From an uncultured Gammaproteobacteria bacterium (GTDB taxonomy: Bacteria > Patescibacteriota > Microgenomatia > UBA12405), in assembly GCA_964463925.1 (NCBI GenBank), contig CAYXDV010000001.1:99860-163859 (forward strand): a DNA stretch of 64,000 bases, in the 5' to 3' direction. The position numbers and the translations under genes were made by a program. Below are positions 27,459 to 36,923 of this stretch, piece after piece; the first letter of the stretch is position 1, and each line of letters starts with the position of its first letter. Under the pieces are notes generated by a model, which saw only the letters and a program-made list of their open reading frames with translations, was not told the DNA's origin and did no database searches.

Positions 27459-28178
27459 CTAATTATAGCTAGTGTGGCTGGATTTGCGCAATAGGGAAAT
27501 TTCTGATTCAGTCAAATAACGCCAAGCAGCCACTTTTAGTTGTCCAAGTTGTATATCGGCAAAGGATTGACGGTGTAAATGAATTAAATTTATACCTAAA
27601 ATACCACACATTCTTCTGATTTGATGATACTTACCCTCGCCTATTGTAATCTCAAATCTAGTACTAGTTAATATTTTTACTTTTGCTGGTTTAGTTTTGT
27701 AATCACGAAGCCAAATCCCCTGTTCTAGCTGTCTTATTTGATAAGTTTCTAAGTTGGTAGTGTGGGTAACTTGATAAGTTTTTGGTTTCAAGAATTTTGG
27801 GTGAGTTAAATTATTAGTTAGACTGCCGTCATTAGTAAACAAAAGTAGCCCGGTAGTGTCTTGGTCTAGCCGCCCAATTGGATAGATACGTGGACTTGCT
27901 GGGACCAAAGATTGTACATTTGGTCTATTTAGCTCATCTTTGGTAGTAGTTATATAACCTTTTGGTTTGTGAAGCATTAAATAAACCAAAGTATTATTTT
28001 GGTTGGAAACTAGTTTATTTTTTATATAAATTTTATCTAATTCTGGATCAACTTTTTGTCCAAGTGTAGCTAATTTTCCATTTACTTTTATTTGCTTTTG
28101 CAAAATTAAATTATCAGCGCCACGCCTTGAAACCAAACCCTGAATAGTTAGATATTTATTTAGGCGAAGGCTAGACAT
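27459..28178 (-). CDS. RsuA/RluB-family rRNA pseudouridine synthase
   Basis: N-terminal S4 domain (RLNKYLTIQGLVSRR), catalytic GRLDQDTTGLLLFTNDG; start trimmed to an internal Met to avoid overlap with dgkA. Confidence 0.8.
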   Translation of the reverse strand: MSSLRLNKYLTIQGLVSRRGADNLILQKQIKVNGKLATLGQKVDPELDKIYIKNKLVSNQNNTLVYLMLHKPKGYITTTKDELNRPNVQSLVPASPRIYPIGRLDQDTTGLLLFTNDGSLTNNLTHPKFLKPKTYQVTHTTNLETYQIRQLEQGIWLRDYKTKPAKVKILTSTRFEITIGEGKYHQIRRMCGILGINLIHLHRQSFADIQLGQLKVAAWRYLTESEISLLRKSSHTSYN

Positions 28179-28200
28179 ATGATATAGTTTATCAAGAGTT

Positions 28201-28560
28201 ATGAAACGTTTTTTGAAAAGCTTGAAATATGCCTTTTCTGGAATTGCAAAGAGCATGGAAGAAGGAAATATGAAGATTCATATGAGCATTTCAGTTTTAG
28301 TAATCTTGGCTGGGGTGTATTTTCAAATAAGTAGAATAGAGTGGATTGCTATTTTTTTGTGTTTTGGGGTGGTTGGGAGTGCAGAGATTATGAATACAGC
28401 TATTGAGGATTTGTGTGATGTGATTAAAGAAGAGCTAAATTTGGCATATAACAAGACCAGATGGCCACGTGATTTGGCCGCTGGAGCTGTTTTGGTAGCT
28501 GCTGGAATCAGTGTACTAGTTGGATTGTGGATTTTTATGCCCAGAATGTTTCATTTCTAG
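28201..28560 (+). CDS. dgkA: diacylglycerol kinase / undecaprenol kinase (DgkA family)
   Basis: 119 aa, 3 TM; EIMNTAIEDLCD aligns with the DgkA EILNSAIE catalytic motif. Confidence 0.8.
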   Translation: MKRFLKSLKYAFSGIAKSMEEGNMKIHMSISVLVILAGVYFQISRIEWIAIFLCFGVVGSAEIMNTAIEDLCDVIKEELNLAYNKTRWPRDLAAGAVLVAAGISVLVGLWIFMPRMFHF

Positions 28561-29160
28561 GGCGACAGGAATTAGAGAAAATCCAATAATGCCAAACATT
28601 AGATAATGAAAATTATGTTGCACAAAAGGTATGGTTCCAAAAAAATAGCCGAGACCAAGAAATAGTGTCACCCAAAAAATGGCTCCAAAAATATTAAAAC
28701 GAGCAAATTGAAAATAATTCATATTGGATATTCCAGCTACAAAAGGTGCAAAAGTTCTAGCAAAAGGAATAAAACGAGCCAAGATGATTGCCTTGCCACC
28801 GTGTTTGTTATAAAAGTCTTCTGCTTTTTTCAATTTATCTATGTTAAAAAATCGGTTATTTTTGGTAAATATTTTTCTGCCAAAATGCTTGCCAAGCTGG
28901 TAATTTAGAGCATCTCCGAGAAATGCGGCGGCAATCAAGAGCAACCACGGTATATACACAGAAAGAGGAAAAATTTTCCCAGCAGTTAGAGCACCTATAG
29001 CAAACAAAAGTGAATCACCGGGCAAGAAGGAAGTGATAATAATCCCAGTTTCACTAAAAATAATCAGAAAACACAGACCATAAACTAGCAGACCATAAGA
29101 ACTGGAAAAGGCTGCTAAATGTTTGTCAAAATGTAGCAAAAGGTTTATGAATTGTTGCAT
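28516..29160 (-). CDS. DedA-family membrane protein
   Basis: ETGIIITSFLPGDSLLFAIG matches the DedA/SNARE-associated motif F/YLPGDS; 214 aa polytopic. Confidence 0.85.
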   Translation of the reverse strand: MQQFINLLLHFDKHLAAFSSSYGLLVYGLCFLIIFSETGIIITSFLPGDSLLFAIGALTAGKIFPLSVYIPWLLLIAAAFLGDALNYQLGKHFGRKIFTKNNRFFNIDKLKKAEDFYNKHGGKAIILARFIPFARTFAPFVAGISNMNYFQFARFNIFGAIFWVTLFLGLGYFFGTIPFVQHNFHYLMFGIIGFSLIPVALEMKHSGHKNPQSN

Positions 29161-29183
29161 AGGTATTAGTATATCTTAAGAAT

Positions 29184-29933
29184 ATGACGATTGTCCTTAG
29201 TCCACCAACACATTTGGGATGTCAGTTTTATTTTTACCCACAAGACAGAGAGATTGGAGAGAGGATTGCTTTGGGTAAATTTGAACCTTATTTAACTAAA
29301 TTATTTTTAAAAGAGTTAAAAGCGGAAATGAAAGTGGTAGATATCGGCGCAAACATAGGTTATTATTCTATTTTGGCTGCCAAAGCTGGATGTAGGGTTT
29401 TAGCTTTTGAGCCGGAAAAGAAGAACTTCGAGTTGCTTTTGGAAAATATAAAGTTAAACAAAGTATCTGAAAAAATAAGGCCATTTAATCTGGCCCTTGG
29501 CGATAAAAGAGGGCAGCTTAAATTAAATGTTTCTTTTAAAAATTTTGGTGACCACAGTTTTTTCTCTAAAAAAGATAAGGTTGAATTGGTGAGGGTGGAT
29601 ACTCTTGATAATTTGGTTGGGCAAAAAATTGACTTTATAAAATCAGATACACAAGGATACGAATCAAGAATATTTGCTGGAGCTATTAATACTATAACAA
29701 AATATAAGCCAACAATTTTATACGAACACTGGTTTACAAACCCGCCTGAATTATTGGACTATTTTTTATATGAAACTGAAGAATATTGGCAAATAAGACG
29801 AAAATTAAAAAATAGAGAAGTTGAATCTGTAAATATTTGGGCTACAAAAAATCCCCTATCCTTTAAGCAAAGATACGGGGACTTTTGGCTAAAAAAGTAT
29901 CTAAAACAAAAACTAAATAGACCTAAGACTTAG
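29184..29933 (+). CDS. FkbM-family SAM-dependent methyltransferase
   Basis: VVDIGANIGYYSILAA glycine-rich SAM motif and overall FkbM-domain pattern. Confidence 0.7.
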   Translation: MTIVLSPPTHLGCQFYFYPQDREIGERIALGKFEPYLTKLFLKELKAEMKVVDIGANIGYYSILAAKAGCRVLAFEPEKKNFELLLENIKLNKVSEKIRPFNLALGDKRGQLKLNVSFKNFGDHSFFSKKDKVELVRVDTLDNLVGQKIDFIKSDTQGYESRIFAGAINTITKYKPTILYEHWFTNPPELLDYFLYETEEYWQIRRKLKNREVESVNIWATKNPLSFKQRYGDFWLKKYLKQKLNRPKT

Positions 29934-30232
29934 GCTTTCTTTTTGTCCAAGCGATCCAATTTTAGTAGAGTTACGCCGTAGTAAACCACAGCAGCAACTA
30001 CAATAAAATCAATTAATGTGGCAGTAAAATTGCCCCACATCACTTTTGCAGCACCAACTTCAAAATAATATGACTTCAAATCACCTGCAGCACCTAAGAG
30101 TAGGCCTAGAAGTGGATTAATAAGGTCGGCAACTAAAGAAGCAACTAATTTGCCTACTGCTCCACCTAAAGTGAAACCTACGGCCAAACCAACCACTCCC
30201 TGTTCCCGAATGAAATCGAGGAAACCTTTCAT
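29930..30232 (-). CDS. mscL: large-conductance mechanosensitive channel
   Basis: FxxFxxxGxVxxLAVGxxxGxAxxxxVxSLVxDxIxPxxG pattern (MKGFLDFIREQGVVGLAVGFTLGGAVGKLVASLVADLINPLLG); 100 aa. Confidence 0.9.
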   Translation of the reverse strand: MKGFLDFIREQGVVGLAVGFTLGGAVGKLVASLVADLINPLLGLLLGAAGDLKSYYFEVGAAKVMWGNFTATLIDFIVVAAVVYYGVTLLKLDRLDKKKA

Positions 30233-30274
30233 ATTTTTGAATGAGGTTAACTAATAATTGAATTAGTTTAGCAC

Positions 30275-30613
30275 TTAGATTAGCTTTACGTGAATAGCCA
30301 CTGAGCCGTATTTTTTTTCATCTTCTTTGCTATAAAACTGGCGATAAATCTCTAAGCCTTTATCAATTGTTTTGATATTTGGTAGCAATCTGTCGAGACC
30401 TTCAGCAACTATTAGGTTGGAAAAATTTTGATACCAGATGACTTTTGTAACTACTACTATTATTTCTTCAGTCTCTTTGATATTGCTAACCGCAATTGTG
30501 TCATCTACTTTAATCTTGGCATATTTACCCTTACGAAGCCTCCCTTCAATGGTTTTTTGACCAGATTTTAGATAGGAAAAATATGGTTCTTGACGATGAT
30601 TATGATAAAGCAT
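30275..30613 (-). CDS. ASCH domain protein (PUA-like)
   Basis: GQKTIEGR matches the ASCH GxKxxExR motif; 112 aa. Confidence 0.65.
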   Translation of the reverse strand: MLYHNHRQEPYFSYLKSGQKTIEGRLRKGKYAKIKVDDTIAVSNIKETEEIIVVVTKVIWYQNFSNLIVAEGLDRLLPNIKTIDKGLEIYRQFYSKEDEKKYGSVAIHVKLI

Positions 30614-30693
30614 CAGTTTTGTGCCGTCGGAGGGACTTGAACCCCCAAGCCTCGCGGCATACGCACCTCAAGCGTACGTGTCTGCCAATTTCA
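30612..30693 (-). tRNA. tRNA-Leu (anticodon GAG)
   Basis: Acceptor gccgtcg/cgacggc, anticodon loop ttGAGgt, long variable arm, T-loop ggttcaagtcc. Confidence 0.8.
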
Positions 30694-30745
30694 CCACGAC
30701 GGCAATTTAGCTATTTTACCCTAAAAAATGGTTATGTCGACTAGG

Positions 30746-30818
30746 TGGCCGCTGAGGGACTTGAACCCCCGACCTGCCGGATGTAAACCGGATGCTCTAC
30801 CAACTGAGCTAAGCGGCC
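30746..30818 (-). tRNA. tRNA-Val (anticodon TAC)
   Basis: Acceptor ggccgct/agcggcc, D-arm tagctcagttggtagagc, anticodon loop ttTACat. Confidence 0.85.
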
Positions 30819-30848
30819 TGATTGTGTTGTGATTGTATCAAATAATAG

Positions 30849-31325
30849 TTAGATTCTTGGGAACCAAAACAAATAAATAGATATGGATCCTAAGGATAAG
30901 ATACAGAGCGAAATTTTAAAAATTGTATTTGAATTTTTGGTTTTATTAGGTATTTTGCTAAAGATCAATATTAAGCAATAACAAAATAGCCATGATAAAG
31001 AAAACATTGGGACAAATATTTTTAAATCGATGATCTTGCTCCACACAGATGTCCCTTCTGATGTTTTTTGTGTCAGAAAGGGTGCTTTTACTATCGGAAA
31101 TTCTACAATCTTATCAGTCATACTAACTCCGGCCCAAGCGGTGGGAAGTCCCCTATTTATATACAGCCAGTGATATGTATCATAAACCTCGTTTCTAGCT
31201 GAATTATATATTCCAGAAGAGCTCCAGAATATCCCTGTAAAAAAACACAAAATAAAAGCTAGTTGAATTGCTAGTACAAATATTTTTAGATTCCAGAATC
31301 TTTTGAACATGATCATAATTGTCAT
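30849..31325 (-). CDS. hypothetical membrane protein
   Basis: ORF trimmed at its 5' end because the annotated start overlaps tRNA-Gly; 3-4 TM segments. Confidence 0.4.
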   Translation of the reverse strand: MTIMIMFKRFWNLKIFVLAIQLAFILCFFTGIFWSSSGIYNSARNEVYDTYHWLYINRGLPTAWAGVSMTDKIVEFPIVKAPFLTQKTSEGTSVWSKIIDLKIFVPMFSLSWLFCYCLILIFSKIPNKTKNSNTIFKISLCILSLGSISIYLFWFPRI

Positions 31326-31334
31326 TTTATCGTG

Positions 31335-31407
<73 letters not shown>

Positions 31408-31429
31408 AGTATTTGTATTTTACTACAAA

Positions 31430-31505
31430 TGGTGCCGACGGTTGGACTCGAACCAACATCCCAGGTTTTTCAGACCAGTGCCGTGACCACCTTGGCTACG
31501 TCGGC
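31430..31505 (-). tRNA. tRNA-Phe (anticodon GAA), CCA encoded
   Basis: Acceptor gccgacg/cgtcggc plus A-CCA, anticodon loop ctGAAaa, T-loop ggttcgagtcc; the D-arm is somewhat atypical. Confidence 0.7.
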
Positions 31506-31523
31506 GATGTATGATTATATCAG

Positions 31524-31605
31524 TGCCACTGGAGGGAGTCGAACCCCCACGTCTTGCGACACGCCGTTCTGAGCGACGCTTGTCTACCAATTCCAACACA
31601 GTGGC
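31524..31605 (-). tRNA. tRNA-Leu (anticodon CAG)
   Basis: Acceptor gccactg/cagtggc, anticodon loop ctCAGaa, long variable arm, T-loop ggttcgactcc. Confidence 0.8.
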
Positions 31606-31704
31606 TAGCAATTTATTGGTTTTTTGTACTGAAAAATCCAATGAAATTTATGGAATTATAGCATTTGGGCAGATAAATATTATCTTCTTTGAAGATAATA
31701 TTTG

Positions 31705-31914
31705 TTACTTTGCGGATGTTGTGGACAACTGTGCAAGCCTTGTTTGTATATCCTCGGCTGAAATATCAACGGCTACTACCCCTTTCTTTACCCTATCTGC
31801 GGCTAGTTTTATTTGTGTTGAGTTTACTGGGTTTAGTTCAGAAGCACGCAAATAATATTCGGCATGCCTTTTAATTGCTTCTTCTGCTGTTACTGTCATG
31901 CTACATTGTAGCAT
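31705..31914 (-). CDS. hypothetical small protein
   Basis: 69-aa ORF between tRNA genes; weak support beyond ORF length. Confidence 0.25.
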   Translation of the reverse strand: MLQCSMTVTAEEAIKRHAEYYLRASELNPVNSTQIKLAADRVKKGVVAVDISAEDIQTRLAQLSTTSAK

Positions 31915-31945
31915 TTTAATGTAGAAATAGCTAGTTTGCTATTGT

Positions 31946-32019
31946 GTCGGGGATACAGGATTCGAACCTGCAGCCTCATGGTCCCAAACCATGCGCGCTA
32001 GCCAATTGCGCCAATCCCC
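31946..32019 (-). tRNA. tRNA-Pro (anticodon TGG)
   Basis: Acceptor cggggat/atccccg, anticodon stem catgg/ccatg with loop ttTGGga, T-loop ggttcgaatcc. Confidence 0.85.
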
Positions 32020-32037
32020 GTAGTCCTAGTGGCAGGA

Positions 32038-32126
32038 CTGGTGCCGCGGGTGGGAATCGAACCCACATGGCTTTAAGGGCCACAGGATTTTAAGTCCTGC
32101 GTGTATACCAGTTCCACCACCACGGC
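32038..32126 (-). tRNA. tRNA-Leu (anticodon TAA), CCA encoded
   Basis: Acceptor gccgtgg/ccgcggc-a-cca, anticodon loop ctTAAaa, long variable arm, T-loop ggttcgattcc; no intron. Confidence 0.85.
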
Positions 32127-32169
32127 TTGAGGTTATTATAACCTAAAAAATTTGATAAAATAAGTTAGT

Positions 32170-32243
32170 GCGGGATTAGTTTATCGGTAAAACGTCAGTT
32201 TTCCAAACTGAGGTGAGGGGTTCGACTCCCCTATCCCGCTCCA
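32170..32243 (+). tRNA. tRNA-Gly (anticodon TCC), CCA encoded
   Basis: Acceptor gcgggat/atcccgc-t-cca, anticodon stem tcagt/actga with loop ttTCCaa, T-loop ggttcgactcc. Confidence 0.85.
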
Positions 32244-32265
32244 TATAACTATATAGAAACAAAGA

Positions 32266-32826
32266 ATGATTATAAAAAAGAACCTATTGAAGGGCTTGAT
32301 TTTTTTTATCTTGATACTACTGTCTGGCATAATCTTTTGGATAACTGATTATTTTGAGTTGGTATTTTTTTATAAAGCTTTTTACATCAACAAATGGATG
32401 ACGTATGAGAATCAGCCTATTGGTGTCTCATTTATTTATCCAAGAATGGCTACTTACTTTAAAATAACAACTAATGGGTGGACGACCGTCTATCATTGTC
32501 CTGCAGATAAGCTGGTATTGGTTGGAGATGAGAATCAGATATATTCACTATCAATTTGTACCAAACCTGATCCAAAAGAATTACAAGACATACTGGCCAA
32601 TGGTTCTTTTAAGCACAGGGAAATAATATTAAATGGTAAAAAGTACACAGAAGTGGCCAGTGCAAATGAAGTAAGTTCTAACATTGTGGGAAGATATTAT
32701 ATTCCTACAGACCACAGCTTACTTATAGGTGTGAGCAAGGGTTCTTTGGGAGATCGTAGTCATTCATTTTATGACATTTTGACAAAAATAGACTTTAAAA
32801 TTATTGGAAGTATTCGATCTTATTAA
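32266..32826 (+). CDS. hypothetical membrane-anchored protein
   Basis: N-terminal TM anchor then a soluble domain; no motif. Confidence 0.45.
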   Translation: MIIKKNLLKGLIFFILILLSGIIFWITDYFELVFFYKAFYINKWMTYENQPIGVSFIYPRMATYFKITTNGWTTVYHCPADKLVLVGDENQIYSLSICTKPDPKELQDILANGSFKHREIILNGKKYTEVASANEVSSNIVGRYYIPTDHSLLIGVSKGSLGDRSHSFYDILTKIDFKIIGSIRSY

Positions 32827-32880
32827 GTATTGGAATGTTCTATGGCTGTGCGATGTATTTCTTTGGAGTGCATGTAATAA

Positions 32881-33258
32881 TTGGGAGTTATGAAATACAT
32901 GGAGGAATTGTTAGTGGGTGTCTTTATTATCATAAAAGCTTGTATATATATTGCTTTGTTTTATGTGGCGTTTGCTGTTTTTGTTATAGCTTCAATTGTT
33001 GGTCTTGCTGTGTTTGAATCTATTATTGGGAGTTTTTTTGGTTGTTCTATGGCAGAAGGGGCGGTTTTGATTGCTCTTTCTTGTCATGGCCAAAATAGTC
33101 CAATTTTTCAATTTGTGGAATTGGCAAGTGTCACAGTCAATTTTGTTTTGGGAATAGTGGGAGCAAGCATTATTCTGTTGATATTCAACCCAATAACCCC
33201 GTTTGTTCTGCTAATTGCTTTATTTATTTTGAGAGAAAAGAAAATTTTACTAAAATGA
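32881..33258 (+). CDS. hypothetical small 4-TM membrane protein
   Basis: 125-aa hydrophobic ORF immediately upstream of the GNAT remnant. Confidence 0.4.
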   Translation: MGVMKYMEELLVGVFIIIKACIYIALFYVAFAVFVIASIVGLAVFESIIGSFFGCSMAEGAVLIALSCHGQNSPIFQFVELASVTVNFVLGIVGASIILLIFNPITPFVLLIALFILREKKILLK

Positions 33259-33751
33259 CGATTCGTTTCAAGCCATTAACCTCCCTAAAACCTGGTCACC
33301 TTTTTGACATGTTAGTGGACAGTTGTTCTGATCTAATCGAAAAGTATGATTGGAAAAACAAGGATAAATATTTGGAAAGTTGGAGAAAAATGGATAGTAG
33401 TTCATTTGAAAACCTGGAAACACTTGGTAAGTATGTGTTGGTATCTTTTGTAGACAACTCATCTGTGGGATTTTTTTCCTGGGATCCACGCAACTTCCTA
33501 AATACGGAGTTATAGGTCAAAATTGTATTGTTTCTAAATATAAAGGTAAGGGTTTGGGTAAAGAACAAATTGGAAAGCTGTTGGAGATTTTCAGAGCAGT
33601 CAATTGTAAAAAAGCTTTAGTTTCAACTGGTGCTAATCTGTTTTTTAAACCGGCGAGAAAGATGTATGAAGGTTTAGGATTTGTAGAAATCGAGCGACAT
33701 TTGAATGATATTTGGGGATTTGAAGAGATTAGCTATGAAAAGAAAATTTAG
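33255..33751 (+). pseudogene. GNAT-family N-acetyltransferase, frameshifted
   Basis: N-terminal part in one frame (..VGFFSWDPRN, stop at 33515). GNAT motif A (Q/R-x-x-G-x-G/A: ..YGVIGQNCIVSKYKGKGLGKEQIGKLLE) and motif B (MYEGLGF) continue in the adjacent frame from about 33494; a single indel near 33485-33500 would restore one ORF. Confidence 0.55.
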
Positions 33752-34346
33752 TCATTTTTTCGAGTGTTTTTTCAAGCCCTTTGTCATTAGGGTTGATAAC
33801 TAGATCTGCCAATTTAGCAAATGGTAGAAGATGGTTGTTCCACTGAGCACTGATAATTTTCCAACGTTTTAGGGTAGATTCTCTGGCTGTAGTAATATCG
33901 TGAGTTTGGGCATAGGTTCGATCTATGCGTCTTTCCAAACATGCTTCTTCTGGTGTATTAACAAATATTTTCAAATCAAAAAGATTTCTTATATTTGGTG
34001 ACCAAAGGGCCATGTGTCCTTCCACAACTACTAACTCATTTGGCTTTAGATAATGAGGTTTTTTGAAAGTGTCTAAATGACAATCGTAAGGGCAAATTGA
34101 AGCTGACAAATCATCTTTTAGATTTTTTAGACCCAAGTATAAACCGTCTACGGCATTTCTCTCTGATTTACTTGGGTTTGGGCAGTTAAAGGCGGCCCCC
34201 ATAATAATGTAGTTATCAATGTCTATGTGTAATGAATTTGATTTAAAATGCTTACACAGATTTTTGGCCAAAGTAGATTTACCGCTACAACTAAGACCAG
34301 TGATTCCTATCAAGTATGGTCTTTTTGTCATAATACTAATACTCAT
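33729..34346 (-). CDS. uridine kinase / PRK-family P-loop nucleoside kinase
   Basis: Walker A IGITGLSCSGKSTLA; VVVEGHMAL...DLKIFVNTPEEACLERRIDR resembles the uridine kinase LKIFVDTD.D.RL.RR motif. Confidence 0.55.
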   Translation of the reverse strand: MSISIMTKRPYLIGITGLSCSGKSTLAKNLCKHFKSNSLHIDIDNYIIMGAAFNCPNPSKSERNAVDGLYLGLKNLKDDLSASICPYDCHLDTFKKPHYLKPNELVVVEGHMALWSPNIRNLFDLKIFVNTPEEACLERRIDRTYAQTHDITTARESTLKRWKIISAQWNNHLLPFAKLADLVINPNDKGLEKTLEKMTKFSFHS

Positions 34347-34714
34347 TTAATACATACAATATTTCAACTTATGTATTATATAGGATTGGAAATGGGGCAT
34401 AATGGACTATGCCTGTAATAGAGCAAGGTAAAACTTATATTTTGTCAGCGCGTGGGGATACTTGTGTTGCTAGACTTGAATAGGCAAGAGTAATTTGGCC
34501 TTCTGATTTAAGAAAAGATGGTGCACTATGTATTGGATTTGAAACTAATCCTCCTTGGCCAGAAAGAGAATGTTGAGAACGGCTTCTGGTTCCTTGGAAA
34601 GGGGTCCGGATGGAAGTGTAGTGAGAGTTTTTTTGCCAGATAGCCCATTTGAATCTTCTTTGGGTCCTTATACGAGGATAGCCATAAAATCGATGCCTAC
34701 TGTATAATTGGCTC

Positions 34715-35806
34715 ATGCTTAGGCCTAAATTTTTCAGAACACTTAAGGGCGATAAGATTCCTTTGCCCGTATTTTTTCCCGATGCTACCAGAGCGGTGCT
34801 GAAGACTTTGGATTCGGTTGATATTGTCAACACTAAAACTCCTGGTGTTCTAATAAATACTTGGCATTTGTTCAATCAACCAGGCAGGGATGTAATTAAG
34901 AAACAAGGAGGAGTTAGAAAATTCATGAATTGGAGCGGAGGAGCAATTTCAGACTCCGGTGGCTTTCAGGTAATGTCTTTGGTAAAAGCTCAAGGACTGA
35001 AAGACCCGGTAAACGAGGAGGGTGTGCGTTTTTTGCAGGGCAAAAAACGCATTTTGTTTACCCCAAAAATGAGTATAGATATGCAACTAGCAATTGGAGC
35101 AGATATGGTAGTAGTATTGGATGATTTTACTGATCCAAAGGCAAACAGAGAACAAGCAGAAGAAAGTGTAAATAGAACTTTAAAGTGGGCGAAAGAGTGT
35201 AAGTATGTTTTTGATAAATATTTTGATCAAAAGAAAACCCCAAAAGAAAATAGACCGTATTTACTAGGGGTGGTACAGGGTGGCTATTTTCAGGATTTGA
35301 GAAAAAAATGCACACAGGAACTAGTGGCTATCGGCTTTGATGGTTTGGGCTATGGTGGTTGGCCGATACTAGCTGAGGGTGGTTTTGATTATGAATCGGC
35401 TATGACCATACGAAAAAACACACCAGATGATTATCTGTTGTATGGACTTGGGGTTGGTAAGCCTGATGAAGTAGCTAATCTGGTGAAAATGGGCTGGCAG
35501 GTGTTTGACTGTGTTTTGCCAACCCGCGATGCCAGACACAAAAGATTATATGTATATAAGGCAAAAGATATGGATTCTATTGATTTATCTAGTAATAAAT
35601 TTTATGAATACTACACCCCAGATAAAGATAAATACTATCGTGATCAGTCCCCTGTTTCTACTGCCTGTGATTGTTTGTTGTGCAAAAACTATTCTCGATC
35701 ATATTTTCGACATTTGTGGAAAATAGAAGATTTTACAGCAGGACGCTTGGCTACGATTCACAACTTGAGATTTTATAGTATTTTGATGGAAAAACTTCGT
35801 TTTTAA
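34715..35806 (+). CDS. tgt: queuine tRNA-ribosyltransferase
   Basis: PVFFPDAT..., NTWHLFNQPG, DSGGFQV catalytic region, C-terminal zinc site CDCLLC...H. Confidence 0.9.
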   Translation: MLRPKFFRTLKGDKIPLPVFFPDATRAVLKTLDSVDIVNTKTPGVLINTWHLFNQPGRDVIKKQGGVRKFMNWSGGAISDSGGFQVMSLVKAQGLKDPVNEEGVRFLQGKKRILFTPKMSIDMQLAIGADMVVVLDDFTDPKANREQAEESVNRTLKWAKECKYVFDKYFDQKKTPKENRPYLLGVVQGGYFQDLRKKCTQELVAIGFDGLGYGGWPILAEGGFDYESAMTIRKNTPDDYLLYGLGVGKPDEVANLVKMGWQVFDCVLPTRDARHKRLYVYKAKDMDSIDLSSNKFYEYYTPDKDKYYRDQSPVSTACDCLLCKNYSRSYFRHLWKIEDFTAGRLATIHNLRFYSILMEKLRF

Positions 35807-35813
35807 GTTTTAT

Positions 35814-36923
35814 TTATCGGCCAAACCAAACTTCAATTTCGTCAAAAAGCGGATAGTTCAAGCTTACTTCCTGACCTGGAAACTTTGATTTTTTGCCCCA
35901 AATGTAGGCTTTGTTTACGTCTTCACGCATTTCTTGGGAAATATTTTTAAGCACATGATCTAGAGTCTGTCCGCGATGCATAATCAAAGGCTCTTGATAA
36001 TCAGGTAAACCATTTCGCTCCCTTTTTAAATAGACTCTAAGTAGACCTAGTCCTTGCCATAATTTTTCTTTAAAGTCCTCAACTCCAGTTTGAGTTTGGA
36101 CAGATAAAGGTATAGTGTTTTGAGGTATTTTTTGAAGTTGGGCTGATGTGGCTAAATCTAGTTTAGAAACAACTTTGATGAGTGGAAGATAACGCCTGTT
36201 CTTGGCCATAAAAACATCAACTAGTTGGTCAATTGACTCAACTTTTTGACCAAAATTTATCCGAGCATTACCATAACCCATTTCTTTGGCAACGGCAACC
36301 ACAGTTTGGCTTGATAAACCGCCAAAAGGATTTACAACTTGAATAGATCCTTGTTGGGTTTTGTGAATAGCTATTTTTGGTGGAAGTTGGTTAGTTCGAA
36401 TACCGTTTTTATAAAGTTCAGCTTCAATTTTGTCGAAAAAATAAACCCTGGGAACATCAGCCATGAGAACAATTAAATCGCTGGCTCGCACTACTGAGAG
36501 AACTTTTTTACCAAAACCCTTATTGCTGGCGGCGCCTTCAATGATCCCTGGTAGATCTAAAATTTGAATCTTTACTCCTTTATAATTAAGCATGCCTGGG
36601 ACCACACCTAGGGTAGTAAAATCGTAGTTCCCAACTTTGGATTCAGCATTAGTTAGAGCATTTAGTAAAGTTGATTTGCCGACGCTAGGAAAACCCAAGA
36701 GAACCACAGAAGCATCACCTGAGTGTTTGATTGCATAGCCCACTCCTCCACCTCCTCCGCCCGAGCTATTTTTGTCTCCACCGTCTAGTTGCTCTTGCAA
36801 TTTGGCTAATTTAGCTTTTAATATGCCATGATGATGCTCTGTTGCTTTATGATAAGGAGTGTCACGAATTTCTTTTTCTATGCGTGAAATCTGGATTTTA
36901 ACAATTTCAAGTTTACTGGTCAT
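35814..36923 (-). CDS. DRG/Rbg-type OBG-family GTPase with C-terminal TGS domain
   Basis: N-terminal helical segment (..KATEHHHGILKAKLAKL) and glycine-rich GGGGGG linker typical of DRG; G1 GFPSVGKST, G3 DLPG; C-terminal TGS-like beta-grasp. Confidence 0.65.
   Translation of the reverse strand: MTSKLEIVKIQISRIEKEIRDTPYHKATEHHHGILKAKLAKLQEQLDGGDKNSSGGGGGGVGYAIKHSGDASVVLLGFPSVGKSTLLNALTNAESKVGNYDFTTLGVVPGMLNYKGVKIQILDLPGIIEGAASNKGFGKKVLSVVRASDLIVLMADVPRVYFFDKIEAELYKNGIRTNQLPPKIAIHKTQQGSIQVVNPFGGLSSQTVVAVAKEMGYGNARINFGQKVESIDQLVDVFMAKNRRYLPLIKVVSKLDLATSAQLQKIPQNTIPLSVQTQTGVEDFKEKLWQGLGLLRVYLKRERNGLPDYQEPLIMHRGQTLDHVLKNISQEMREDVNKAYIWGKKSKFPGQEVSLNYPLFDEIEVWFGR

Noticed and set aside
32038-32126. 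Group I intron in tRNA-Leu(UAA)
   Set aside because: The tRNA is contiguous (89 nt with CCA); no insertion in the anticodon loop
34435-34875. 146-aa ORF on the minus strand across the tgt upstream region
   Set aside because: It overlaps the tgt N-terminus by 160 nt and covers the putative structured RNA/promoter region; no motif; likely spurious
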